Source: Betaproteobacteria bacterium
Lineage (GTDB): Bacteria; Pseudomonadota; Gammaproteobacteria; Burkholderiales; Ga0077523
DNA: 64,000 bases
Assembly (NCBI GenBank): GCA_037141795.1
Contig: JBAXBV010000012.1
Span: forward strand, 1,987-65,986
Direction: 5' to 3'
The position numbers and the translations under genes are program-made. The notes below the pieces were generated by a model. It searched no databases, had not been told where the DNA came from, and worked only from the letters and a program-made list of their open reading frames with translations. Of the stretch, positions 11,083 to 20,363 are shown in pieces. Every line of letters begins with the position of its first letter. Positions within the stretch are counted from its first letter, which is position 1.

Positions 11083-11832
11083 ATGAACAAGCTCGACATG
11101 GCGGGCCGCTCGGCCATCGTGACCGGCGGCGCGTCTGGGATCGGCCTCGCAATCGTCCAGAGGCTCGCCGCATCCGGGGCGAACGTGGCCATCTGGGACA
11201 TGAACGACGCCGTTCTGGACACGGCCGCCGCGTCGGTGCCCGGCGCCAGGGTGCAGAAGGTCAAGGTCGATGTCACCCGCTTCGATCAGGTCGAGGCCGC
11301 CTTCCAGTCCACCGTCGCGGCCTTCGGCAAGGTCGATGCCATGGTCAACAGCGCGGGCGTGGCCGGCAGGAATGCCTCGGTGATCGATTACCCGGTGGAC
11401 GAGTGGCTGCGGGTCTTCGACATCAACATGAACGGAGTCTTCTACTGCTGCAAGGCGGCTGCGAAGCACATGGCGGCAAATGGCTACGGGCGGATCGTCA
11501 ACATCGCCTCCATCGCCGGCAAGGAAGGCAATCCGATGGCGTCGGCCTACAGCGCCTCCAAGGCCGGCGTGATCGGTCTCACCAAATCCCTCGGCAAGGA
11601 ACTCGCCAAGAACAACATCACGGTCAACTGCGTCACGCCCGCGGCCGTGAAGACGCCGATCTTCGACCAGGTCGAGCAGTTCCACATCGATTTCATGCTC
11701 TCGAAGATTCCCATGGGCCGGTTCGGCCTGGTGGAGGAAATCGCGGCGATGGTGAGCTGGCTGTGCACGGAAGACTGCTCCTTCACCACCGGCGGGGTGT
11801 TCGACCTGTCGGGCGGGCGGGCCACGTACTGA
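11083..11832 (+). CDS. Short-chain dehydrogenase/reductase (SDR)
   Basis: TGGASGIGLAI cofactor motif and YSASKAGV catalytic motif. Confidence 0.9.
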   Translation: MNKLDMAGRSAIVTGGASGIGLAIVQRLAASGANVAIWDMNDAVLDTAAASVPGARVQKVKVDVTRFDQVEAAFQSTVAAFGKVDAMVNSAGVAGRNASVIDYPVDEWLRVFDINMNGVFYCCKAAAKHMAANGYGRIVNIASIAGKEGNPMASAYSASKAGVIGLTKSLGKELAKNNITVNCVTPAAVKTPIFDQVEQFHIDFMLSKIPMGRFGLVEEIAAMVSWLCTEDCSFTTGGVFDLSGGRATY

Positions 11833-11950
11833 CCTGAAGGCAGGCGGGGCGCCGGTCCCCCAGGGGCCGGGCGGCGGGGGAGCGCAGCGCGACTTCCCTG
11901 CCTGTCGCGCCGGCGTCCCCACCCTCGCTCGCGCGATCCGGGAGATCATC

Positions 11951-13075
11951 ATGAAGATCAGAGCCGCGGTCATCCGCGAAATGGGCCTGCCGCAGCCGTA
12001 TGCGCAGTCCCGCCCCCTGTCCATCGAGGACGTCGACCTCGCGCCGCCGCAGCAGCGGGAGGTGCTGGTCCAGGTGAAGGCCGCGAGCCTGTGCCACTCG
12101 GACCTCTCCACCATCAACGCCGACCGTCCCCGGCAGATGCCGATGGTGCTGGGCCACGAGGCGGCGGGCGTCGTGGTGGAAACCGGTCCGGGCGTGAGCG
12201 ATCTCGCGCCCGGCGACCACGTGGTGCTGGTGTTCGCGCCCAGTTGCGGCGAGTGCGTGGCCTGCAAGGAGGGCCATCCGGGCCGGTGCGAGCCGGGCCA
12301 GCAGTCCAACGGCGCCGGCACCCTGCTGGGCGGCGGCATGCGCCTGTCGCAGAACGGGCAGCCGGTCTACCACCACGTGGGGGTCTCGGCCTTTGCCGAC
12401 TACTGCGTGGTGAACCGCGGGTCGCTGGTGAAGATCGACCGGGAACTGCCCTTCGACGAGGCGGCCATGTTCGGCTGCGCCGTGCTCACGGGTGTCGGGG
12501 CGGCGCTCAACACGGCGCAGGTCTTCCCCGGGGCGCGGGTGGCGGTCGTGGGCCTGGGGGGCGTGGGCCTGAATGCGATGTTCGGCGCCCAGGTGGCGGG
12601 CGCGAGCCAGGTGGTGGCGATCGACATCCACGACGACAAGCTGGAACTTGCGCGGGCGCTGGGGGCGACCGACACCCTCAACGCGAAGGATCCGGATGCC
12701 ATCCGGAAGGTCAAGGAAATGACCGGCGGCGGGGTGGATTTCGGGCTCGAGATGGCCGGTTCGGTCCAGGCCATGGAACTCGCCTACCGGATCACCCGGC
12801 GGGGCGGCACCACCGTCACCGCGGGTCTGCCGCACCCGGATGCCCGCTGGGCCCTGCAGCAGGTGAACCTCACCGCCGAGGAGCGCACGGTCAAGGGCAG
12901 CTACGTGGGTTCGTGCGTACCGCCGCGGGACATGCCGCGCTACATCGATCTGTATCGCAAGGGCAAGCTGCCCGTGAACAAGCTGATGAGCGACCACCTG
13001 CGGCTCGAGGACATCAACGAGGGCTTCGACCGCCTCGCCTCCGGGCACACGGTGCGTCAGATCATCATGATCTAA
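11951..13075 (+). CDS. Zinc-dependent alcohol dehydrogenase family protein
   Basis: GHEAAGVV, structural-zinc cysteines CGECVACKEGHPGRC, GLGGVGL Rossmann motif. Confidence 0.9.
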   Translation: MKIRAAVIREMGLPQPYAQSRPLSIEDVDLAPPQQREVLVQVKAASLCHSDLSTINADRPRQMPMVLGHEAAGVVVETGPGVSDLAPGDHVVLVFAPSCGECVACKEGHPGRCEPGQQSNGAGTLLGGGMRLSQNGQPVYHHVGVSAFADYCVVNRGSLVKIDRELPFDEAAMFGCAVLTGVGAALNTAQVFPGARVAVVGLGGVGLNAMFGAQVAGASQVVAIDIHDDKLELARALGATDTLNAKDPDAIRKVKEMTGGGVDFGLEMAGSVQAMELAYRITRRGGTTVTAGLPHPDARWALQQVNLTAEERTVKGSYVGSCVPPRDMPRYIDLYRKGKLPVNKLMSDHLRLEDINEGFDRLASGHTVRQIIMI

Positions 13076-13205
13076 CCAGCGTGTCGGGGCCGGGCCCGCA
13101 AGGCCGGCCGCCCTCCAACGCGCCGCGGTGCGTGTCCGTCGTCGCCGGCGGCTGTGCAACCCCGGGCCCCTTTTCCTCCTCCCTGCCGGATCCTCACCTC
13201 ACGCC

Positions 13206-14252
13206 ATGCACTCCGCCGCCGAACTCGTCTCCTTCGCCACCGCGCTTCTCGATGCCGTCGGCATGGATGCGCCCAAGTCCCGCACGGTCGCCGAGGTTCT
13301 GGTCGAGGCGGACCTCATGGGGCACGACACCCACGGGCTCAACCTGCTCGGGCCCTACCTGGCCGATGTGCGCAAGGGCCAGATGCGCGTCACCGGCGAG
13401 CCCGGCGTGATTTCGGATTTCCCCGCGGCAGTCACGTGGGACGGCGACCGCCTGCCCGGGCCGTGGCTGGTGTGCGAGGCGATCGAGCTTGCGCTGCCGC
13501 GGGCCCGGGAACTGGGCACCTGCACGGTGGCCATCCGGCGCAGCCACCACATCGCCTGCCTGGCGGCCTACCTCAAGCGCGTGACCGACCGGGGGATGGT
13601 GATCCTCCTGATGACCTCCGCCCCCGAGAACCAGTCGGTGGCGCCGCACGGCGGGCGCACGCCCGTGATCACGCCCGACCCGATCGCTGCAGGCTGGCCC
13701 ACGCAGGGCGATCCGGTCCTCATCGACGTGTCCACGTCCATCACCACCAACGGGATGGTGGGGCGGCTCGCCCGACAGGGCGGGCGCCTGCCGGGCCCCT
13801 GGCTCATCGATGCCGCCGGCGTGGCCACCGACGATCCGACCGTGGTCTCGGCCGATCCGAAAGGGGCGCTGCTCCCGGTGGGCGGGGTGGAATACGGTCA
13901 CAAGGGCTACGCGCTCGGTCTGCTGGTGGAGGCGCTCACTCAGGGCCTGTCGGGCCACGGGCGTGCCGATCCCATCGAAGGCTGGACGGGCGAGGTGTTC
14001 CTGCAGATCCTGGATCCGGCCCTGTTTGCCGGCAGCTCCGCGTTCGGGCGGCAGACCCAGTGGGTGGCCGATGCGTGCCATGCGGCCACGCCCATGCCCG
14101 GCGTGGCGCGGGTGCGGCTGCCCGGCGAGGCCGGCCTCGCCCGCCGGGCGCGGGCCCTGGCCGAGGGGGTACAACTGCACCCGGGCATCATGGGGCAGCT
14201 GGAGCCCTGGGCGCGGGACCTCGGCGTTGCGCTGCCGCGCGAGGGGTCGTGA
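13206..14252 (+). CDS. Ldh_2 family (malate/L-lactate/ureidoglycolate dehydrogenase type 2) oxidoreductase
   Basis: Track ORF 13128..14252, with start moved to MHSAAEL. Contains HDTHGL and GHKGYALGLLVE motifs. Confidence 0.85.
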   Translation: MHSAAELVSFATALLDAVGMDAPKSRTVAEVLVEADLMGHDTHGLNLLGPYLADVRKGQMRVTGEPGVISDFPAAVTWDGDRLPGPWLVCEAIELALPRARELGTCTVAIRRSHHIACLAAYLKRVTDRGMVILLMTSAPENQSVAPHGGRTPVITPDPIAAGWPTQGDPVLIDVSTSITTNGMVGRLARQGGRLPGPWLIDAAGVATDDPTVVSADPKGALLPVGGVEYGHKGYALGLLVEALTQGLSGHGRADPIEGWTGEVFLQILDPALFAGSSAFGRQTQWVADACHAATPMPGVARVRLPGEAGLARRARALAEGVQLHPGIMGQLEPWARDLGVALPREGS

Positions 14253-15145
14253 CCACGTCTGCCGCGTCCCACCGGTTCGGCATCGCGCTGATGATCGGCG
14301 CGACCACCTGCTGGGCGACGGCCGGTGTCCTGGTGCGCACGCTCGCCCTTCGGGACGCCTGGGAGGTGACGTTCTGGCGCTCGTTCTTCATGGGCATCTT
14401 CGTGCTGGGCGTGCTGGCGGTGCAGTATCGCGGCGAACTCGCCCGCCGCATCCTCGCCACCGGGCGTGCGGGGGTGGTGTCCGGGCTGCTCTGGTCGGTC
14501 ATGTACATCTGCTTCATCGTGGCGCTGTCCCTCACCACCGTGGCCAACACGCTCATCGTGTGCAGCATCTCGCCCTTCATGTCGGCCGTGTTCGGCTGGC
14601 TCGTGCTGAGGGAGCGGGTTCCGGTGCGCACCTGGGCGGCCATGACCGTGGCGGTGTCCGGCATCGTGCTCATGTTCATCGAGGGCGTGGGGACGGAGGG
14701 GCGGGCGGGCATCCTGCTGGCGCTCGCGATTCCCGTGGCCTTCGGCCTGAACGTGGTGGTGAACCGGAAGATGCACGCCCGGGTGGACATGGTGCCCACC
14801 CTGTTCCTGTCGGGCATCTTCTCGTGCCTCATCACGCTGCCGTTCGCCTGGCCGCTGGAGGCCGCCGGCGCGGATTTCGTCAACCTGGTGGCCCTCGGCG
14901 TGGTGCAGCTCGGTCTCGGCTGCCTGCTCATGGTGATCGCGTCACGCCACCTCCGCGCTGCCGAGGTGGGGTTGCTCGCCGAACTCGAGACCGTTCTCGG
15001 CGTGGCCGCCACGTGGACTCTGGTGGGCGAGGTGCCGAGCCGCATGGCGCTGATCGGCGGCGGCGCGGTGATCCTGGCGCTCACCGTCGACACCCTCCTG
15101 GGGGTGCTGCGCCGGTCGTCTCCGGTCGCCAGGGCCCCCGCCTGA
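14249..15145 (+). CDS. EamA/DMT family transporter
   Basis: In-frame tail of ORF 13154..15145. The GTG start overlaps the upstream stop (GTGA). About 10 TM segments. Confidence 0.8.
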   Translation: MTTSAASHRFGIALMIGATTCWATAGVLVRTLALRDAWEVTFWRSFFMGIFVLGVLAVQYRGELARRILATGRAGVVSGLLWSVMYICFIVALSLTTVANTLIVCSISPFMSAVFGWLVLRERVPVRTWAAMTVAVSGIVLMFIEGVGTEGRAGILLALAIPVAFGLNVVVNRKMHARVDMVPTLFLSGIFSCLITLPFAWPLEAAGADFVNLVALGVVQLGLGCLLMVIASRHLRAAEVGLLAELETVLGVAATWTLVGEVPSRMALIGGGAVILALTVDTLLGVLRRSSPVARAPA

Positions 15146-15218
15146 CCATGGGGCAGCCGAATCACCTGCCGGGCCCCTGCGCGCCCGCCAACGGGTTCCC
15201 CCTCAAAGGAGTTTTGCC

Positions 15219-15878
15219 ATGACCCCCGATCCCGCCGATCTCGCCCAACGACTCGAAGCCTGCTATGCGGCAGCCGTGCACGACGTGCTGCGGGCCATGG
15301 GTCACGCCAACTGCGTCCTGCCGCCATCGCTGCGGCCGCTCGATCCGTCCCGCAAGCTCGCGGGGGAGATCTATACCGTGAGCGGCCACGTGGACAGCAC
15401 CCGCGATCCCCACGACACCCTGCTGGCCTGGACGGGCCTGCTGTCGAAGGCCCCGGCAGGGAAGGTACTCGTCTGCCAGCCCAACACCCACGCCATCGCG
15501 CTCATGGGGGAACTGTCCGCCGAGACCCTGCACTTCCGGGGCGTGCGGGGCTACGTGGTGGACGGCGGTTGCCGAGATACGGAATTCATCCTGAATCTCG
15601 GCTTTCCGGTCTGGTGCAGCTTCCACACGCCGAAGGACATCGTCGGTCGCTGGGTGCCCGACCGATTCGGCGAACCCGTGACCATCGGCGAGGTCACGAT
15701 CCGCACGGGGGACTGGCTCCTGGCCGACCGGGACGGCGTGGTGATCATTCCCGGCGCCCTGGCCGCCGACGTGGTGGCGCGGACCGAGGCCGTGCTGCAA
15801 CAGGAAAATGCCGTGCGCACCGCGATCCTCGCGGGCATGGACCCCCAGGAGGCGTACCTGAAGTTCGGGAAATTCTGA
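15219..15878 (+). CDS. RraA family protein (HMG/CHA aldolase / dimethylmenaquinone methyltransferase-like)
   Basis: 219 aa. VVDGGCRDT and GDWLLADRDGVVIIP motifs. AAGGAG SD upstream. Confidence 0.85.
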   Translation: MTPDPADLAQRLEACYAAAVHDVLRAMGHANCVLPPSLRPLDPSRKLAGEIYTVSGHVDSTRDPHDTLLAWTGLLSKAPAGKVLVCQPNTHAIALMGELSAETLHFRGVRGYVVDGGCRDTEFILNLGFPVWCSFHTPKDIVGRWVPDRFGEPVTIGEVTIRTGDWLLADRDGVVIIPGALAADVVARTEAVLQQENAVRTAILAGMDPQEAYLKFGKF

Positions 15879-16018
15879 ACCGCCTCGATGCTGCACGGGG
15901 TCAGGGCCGGTCGACTGCCTCCTGGTGTCGGGAGAGGCGATCGCCTCCGCGACGGGAACCGGAGCATGGGTGCCGGTTCGGCCCCGATGCCTTTCAGCGA
16001 GGGAGTTGACCAGTCCGA

Positions 16019-16048
16019 TTGACGGGGTGTCACACTCGCGGCTATACA
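16019..16048 (+). promoter_or_regulatory. Candidate sigma70 promoter for the DUF3015 cluster (TTGACG-N18-TATACA)
   Basis: Seen in the relatively AT-rich gap, about 55 nt upstream of ATG 16104. Hexamers only, with no further support. Confidence 0.3.
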
Positions 16049-16103
16049 CTCTTCGTGGTCTGCCGTTTCATCTGTACTTTACTTGCAAATGAGGAGTCAT
16101 TCG

Positions 16104-16610
16104 ATGATCGACAAGCGCCTGAGCGCGGCCGCCGTCGCGGCTGTCCTGTCTGCAGTACCCCTGATGGCGAGCGCCGCCGGGGAAAACAACGTGGGAACCT
16201 GCGGGCCGGGCTCCAAGCTGTTCGAGGGCCAGAGCGGCGTCATGCCGCAGGTCTTCGCCATCACCACCAACAACTTCTACGGCATCAACAGCTTTGCCAT
16301 GTCCTCCGGCACGTCCGGCTGCTCCCAGGACGGCACGGTGAAGTCGTCCTGGAAGACCGCCGCCTTCATCGACGGCAACAAGGACCGCCTGGCGCGCGAC
16401 ATGTCGCGGGGGGCAGGCGAGTCGCTGGATGCCCTGGCGCAACTGCTCGGGGTGCGCGATCAGGACAAGGCGCGGTTCGTCCGGGCCACGCGCGATCACG
16501 TGGCGACCATCTTCCCGAGCGAGCACGCGTCCACCGACGAGATCCGGGCCGGCCTGCGCCAGGCGCTGGCCGCGGACGACACGCTCGCGGTCTACGGCGC
16601 GCGCGTCTGA
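16104..16610 (+). CDS. DUF3015 family secreted protein (copy 1)
   Basis: Track ORF 16083..16610, with start moved to MIDKRLSAAAV after a GAGGAG SD. Signal peptide. GTCGPGSKLFEGQSG...SSGTSGCSQDG...AAFIDGNKDRLARDMSRG. Confidence 0.8.
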   Translation: MIDKRLSAAAVAAVLSAVPLMASAAGENNVGTCGPGSKLFEGQSGVMPQVFAITTNNFYGINSFAMSSGTSGCSQDGTVKSSWKTAAFIDGNKDRLARDMSRGAGESLDALAQLLGVRDQDKARFVRATRDHVATIFPSEHASTDEIRAGLRQALAADDTLAVYGARV

Positions 16611-16659
16611 ACCCGCGCAGCTTTCCATCCCGTCCCGAATACAGGAAAGGAGAAACTTC

Positions 16660-17163
16660 ATGAAGCGTTTCAACATTTGCGCGATCGCGGTGGCCGCGGC
16701 CTTCGCGGCGATCCCCCTCGCCGCCCAGGCGGCCGACGACGAAGTGGGCACCTGCGGCTGGGGTTCCAAGCTGTTCGAAGGGCAGTCCGGTCTCGGCCCC
16801 AAGGTGCTTGCGGTCACCACCAACGGCACGCTGGGCAACCAGACCTTCGCCATCAGCTCGGGCACCTCGGGCTGCACGCAGGATGGCACCGTGCGCTCGA
16901 GCTGGAAGCTCGCCGCCTTCATCGACGGCAACAAGGCGAAGCTCGCCCGCGATATGTCGCGGGGTGGCGGCGAGACGATGGATGCCCTGGTGCAGCTGAT
17001 CGGGGTGGAAGAGCAGGACAGGGCGTCCTTCGTGCGCGCCACGCGCGAGAACGTCGCCCGGATCTTCCCCGGGGCCGATGCCTCGACGCAGGACATCCGG
17101 GTCGGCCTGCGGCAGGTGCTGGCAGGTGACGACAGGCTCGCCGTGTACATGGCGCGCATCTGA
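16660..17163 (+). CDS. DUF3015 family secreted protein (copy 2, tandem paralogue)
   Basis: Starts MKRFNICAIAVAAAFAAIPLAAQA, then GTCGWGSKLFEGQSG...SSGTSGCTQDG...AAFIDGNKAKLARDMSRG. About 60-65% identical to copy 1 by eye. Confidence 0.8.
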   Translation: MKRFNICAIAVAAAFAAIPLAAQAADDEVGTCGWGSKLFEGQSGLGPKVLAVTTNGTLGNQTFAISSGTSGCTQDGTVRSSWKLAAFIDGNKAKLARDMSRGGGETMDALVQLIGVEEQDRASFVRATRENVARIFPGADASTQDIRVGLRQVLAGDDRLAVYMARI

Positions 17164-17174
17164 TCTTTCCCGCC

Positions 17175-19106
17175 ATGCCCATCGGACCCAGTGCGCGAGC
17201 ACTGGGTTTTTTCTTGTCCATTGCCGCCGCGGTCACCCTGGGCGCGGCGCAGCCCACCGCGGCCTCGGAGACCGGGTCGGCGGACAAGCTCCTGGCCCGC
17301 GCCGCAGCCATGGGCCTGGCCGACGATGCCGGCTGGTTGCGGCTGGGGCACTATCGCCGCACCCTGGCCGGTGGCTGGCGCAGCGAGGCCGACGACCCCA
17401 CGTTCTTCAATGCGCCGGACGGGAAGACCAACCCGCGGGCGGAACTGGCCGCCACGCTGAGGGCGTTCTTTTCGGAACTGCCCGAGACCGATACTCAGCA
17501 GAATCCCCAGTGCCGGTTCGTGGCGCGCTACCGCTGGCTGAAGTCGCGGCTCGCCTTCGATCCCGCGCAACTGCCCGAACAGCCCTGCCCGAGGTTCGAG
17601 ACCTGGCGGCGCGAACTCGATCCGGGCGCTGCGACCCTTGTCTTCCCGGCCGCGTACATCAACAGTCCCGCGTCCATGTACGGGCACACGCTGCTGAGGC
17701 TCGACGGCCGCGCCCAGACCGACCGGACCCGCATGCTGGACTACGCGGTCAATTTCGCGGCGGTCACGGGGCGGGACAACGGGCTCGCCTTCGCGTGGAA
17801 GGGACTCATGGGAGGCTACGAGGGTCGTTTCAGCCTCACCCCCTATTACCTGAAGATCGCGGAGTACAGCGATCTGGAAAGCCGCGATCTCTGGGAATAC
17901 GAACTGGACCTCTCGGGCGAGGAGATCGACCGCATGCTGGAGCACGTCTGGGAGATCGGCCCGGTCCGCTTCGATTACTACTTCCTCGACGAGAACTGCT
18001 CATACCAGCTGCTCTGGCTGCTGGACGTGGCCCGGCCATCCCTCGACCTCGTCTCGCGGTTTCCCGCGTGGGTGATTCCGGCGGACACCCTCCGCGCCGT
18101 CCGCGACCAGCCGGGGCTCGTGCGGCGTGTCCTCTACCGGCCCTCGCGCACGGCGCAGTTCCGGCATCACGCATCCCTCGCCGCGCCGGCGGACGTGGCG
18201 CTCGCGCTGTCCCTGGCCGACGGTGTCACCCCCGTGGGGGGCGACGGCCTGGCGGCGCGGCCGGCGGCTGCCAGGGCTCAGGTACTGGACCTGGCGTTCG
18301 ACTATCTGGACTTCCAGCGGGCGTCGGGCAATCGCAACGGCGACGCGACGGCCCCCAGGCTGCGGGAGCTCCTGCTTGCCCGCAGCCGGGTGGATGCGCC
18401 GGAGCCCCCGCCGGCGCCGGTGCCGGCCGTGCGGCCCGAGGAGGGGCACGGGTCGGCGCGGCTGCGCCTCGGGGCGGGCACGACGGACGGGCGCGGGTTC
18501 CAGGAGCTCCGGTTTCGCGGGGCCTACCACGACCTGCTGGACCCCTTGTCAGGCTACGGGCGCGGGGCGCAGATCGAGTTCGGCGACATCGTCGCCCGTC
18601 ACGAGACCGGCGATGCCCGGCCTTTCCTGCACCGGGTCACCATCGTGGACGTGACGTCCATCGCACCCCGGGAACTGCTGAACCGCGGCCTTTCGTGGCG
18701 GGTGAACATCGGCGTCGACCGCACCCGGCAAGCGGGGGGCGCACGTCCGCTGCTGACCCAGGTCTCGGGCGGTGCCGGCCTGGCGGCGGCCGTCGGCCAG
18801 CGCGTGATCGTCTATGGGCTGGCGGAGGGCGGGGGGTACTACTCCGCCCATCTGGACCAGGCCGCCACGGTCGGGCTGGGCGCACGGGCTGGGGTGCTGA
18901 TCGACTGGAACGACCGCTGGCGGGCCCACCTCTTCGCTGGTGGCCTGCGCCATCTCGACGGCGCCGCTCCGGTGCGTGCGGGCGCGGGGGTCGGCGTGGA
19001 TGTGGCGCTGTCCCGGTCGCTGGGCTTGCGTCTGGAGGCCGAACGTCGCCGGGAATTCGGCTATTCGTGGAGCACCGTCGGCATCCACCTGAACGGGTAT
19101 TTCTAG
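17175..19106 (+). CDS. DUF4105 (Lnb N-terminal periplasmic domain) protein with beta-barrel-like C-terminus
   Basis: 643 aa with signal peptide. NPQCRFVARYRWL...SMYGHTLLRLDG resembles DUF4105. The C-terminal ~200 aa alternates hydrophobic residues and ends ...IHLNGYF, an OMP-type terminal aromatic. Confidence 0.75.
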   Translation: MPIGPSARALGFFLSIAAAVTLGAAQPTAASETGSADKLLARAAAMGLADDAGWLRLGHYRRTLAGGWRSEADDPTFFNAPDGKTNPRAELAATLRAFFSELPETDTQQNPQCRFVARYRWLKSRLAFDPAQLPEQPCPRFETWRRELDPGAATLVFPAAYINSPASMYGHTLLRLDGRAQTDRTRMLDYAVNFAAVTGRDNGLAFAWKGLMGGYEGRFSLTPYYLKIAEYSDLESRDLWEYELDLSGEEIDRMLEHVWEIGPVRFDYYFLDENCSYQLLWLLDVARPSLDLVSRFPAWVIPADTLRAVRDQPGLVRRVLYRPSRTAQFRHHASLAAPADVALALSLADGVTPVGGDGLAARPAAARAQVLDLAFDYLDFQRASGNRNGDATAPRLRELLLARSRVDAPEPPPAPVPAVRPEEGHGSARLRLGAGTTDGRGFQELRFRGAYHDLLDPLSGYGRGAQIEFGDIVARHETGDARPFLHRVTIVDVTSIAPRELLNRGLSWRVNIGVDRTRQAGGARPLLTQVSGGAGLAAAVGQRVIVYGLAEGGGYYSAHLDQAATVGLGARAGVLIDWNDRWRAHLFAGGLRHLDGAAPVRAGAGVGVDVALSRSLGLRLEAERRREFGYSWSTVGIHLNGYF

Positions 19107-20096
19107 ATGCGATCGATCCTCTTCGTGCTGGCGCTCGCGGCCGTCCTTGGCGGGTGCACCGGCGTGTTCTTTCACCCCGGCGCAGTGCACGTGCGCACGC
19201 CGGCGCAACTTGGCCTCGCGTTCGAGGACACGGTGCTGCGGTCCTCGGACGGCGAGACGCTCCACGCGTGGTGGTTGCCGGCGGCAGGGCCCCCGCGGGG
19301 CACCGTGCTGTTCCTGCACGGCAATGCGGAAAACATCAGCACGCACCTCTCCGCGGTGCAGTGGCTTCCGGGGCGGGGGTTTCAGGTGCTCCTGCTCGAC
19401 TACCGGGGCTATGGGCGTTCCACGGGGACGCCCACCGTGGCTGGTGCCCTCAGGGACGTGGATGCCGCGATGGCGCACCTGTTGCAGCGCCCGGATGTGG
19501 ATGCCGACCGGATCGCCCTGCTGGGACAGAGCCTCGGGGGATCGTTCGCCGCCTGGTACGCGGCGCGCGGAGGCCACCGGGATCGGTTGCGCGCGGTGGT
19601 GATCGACAGCGCGTTCTCGAGTTACCGGGCGATCGCGCGGGAGAAGCTGGACGCCGTCTGGTGGCTGGGCTGGCTCAGCGGGCCGGCGGGCTGGACCATC
19701 GACGACGACTTCAGCCCCGTGTCCGCCATCGCCGACATCGCGCCGCGCCCGGTGCTGTTCATCGCGGGCGGGCGCGACCGGATCGTGCCGGCCCACCACT
19801 CCGAGCGGCTGTTCGCCGCAGCCCGCGCACCCAAGACCTACTGGGCATTTCCGGAGGCCGGCCACATCCAGGCGCTGCACCTGCCCGAGGGCCGCGACCG
19901 TCTGGTGGCGTATCTCGCGGGTGTGATGGACGTGGGGGACGCGGCGGTCGGGAGCAGTCGCGCGGGGCGGGACTGGAAGGGCGATGTGGGGGCTGTCCAC
20001 CCGACCCTCGAGCGGTCGGACCGCGATCGGACCATCGGTGCACGGCCGCTGCCGAAGGCTGATCATCCCGATTCCGCCCGGGCGGCCATCTTCTGA
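19107..20096 (+). CDS. Alpha/beta hydrolase lipoprotein
   Basis: ATG abuts the upstream stop. Lipobox LGGC. HGNAEN and nucleophile elbow GQSLGG. A ~60-aa low-complexity tail follows. Confidence 0.8.
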   Translation: MRSILFVLALAAVLGGCTGVFFHPGAVHVRTPAQLGLAFEDTVLRSSDGETLHAWWLPAAGPPRGTVLFLHGNAENISTHLSAVQWLPGRGFQVLLLDYRGYGRSTGTPTVAGALRDVDAAMAHLLQRPDVDADRIALLGQSLGGSFAAWYAARGGHRDRLRAVVIDSAFSSYRAIAREKLDAVWWLGWLSGPAGWTIDDDFSPVSAIADIAPRPVLFIAGGRDRIVPAHHSERLFAAARAPKTYWAFPEAGHIQALHLPEGRDRLVAYLAGVMDVGDAAVGSSRAGRDWKGDVGAVHPTLERSDRDRTIGARPLPKADHPDSARAAIF

Positions 20097-20363
20097 TCCC
20101 CCGCCTTCCCCGGAGCCCCGTCATCCGGCATTCGTTTGCCTGCGCCTGCCTCAGCCGCCGGGCGTTCCAGCGCTCGCAGGCTTCCTCGAACCTCGACCCC
20201 GGCTCTGCTGCAGCCCTGTCGCCCGGCCTCGAGGTACCGGTCCCATCGCTCACCCGAAAACCGGACACCTCGTGTGCTCGCCACACCCAGCGTCGCGGCC
20301 GTTGCGGACACGCACCTCAAGGTGTCTACTTGACGGCCGTCTGCCCACCGCCGCGAGGTCACC

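Noticed and set aside
16068-17945. 625-aa - strand ORF, and similar long shadows (22398..24539 +, 43361..45619 -, 34772..36199 +, 37651..39408 +, 39393..40961 +)
   Set aside because: Each lies antisense to a motif-supported gene and has a low-complexity Arg/Gly/Pro/His composition. This is a high-GC stop-codon-depletion artefact.
19900-20096. ~60-aa low-complexity C-terminal tail of the lipoprotein hydrolase as evidence of a frameshift or gene fusion
   Set aside because: No alternative frame gives a recognisable continuation. The tail is simply unstructured-looking, so I cannot distinguish a real extension from a late stop without orthologue comparison.
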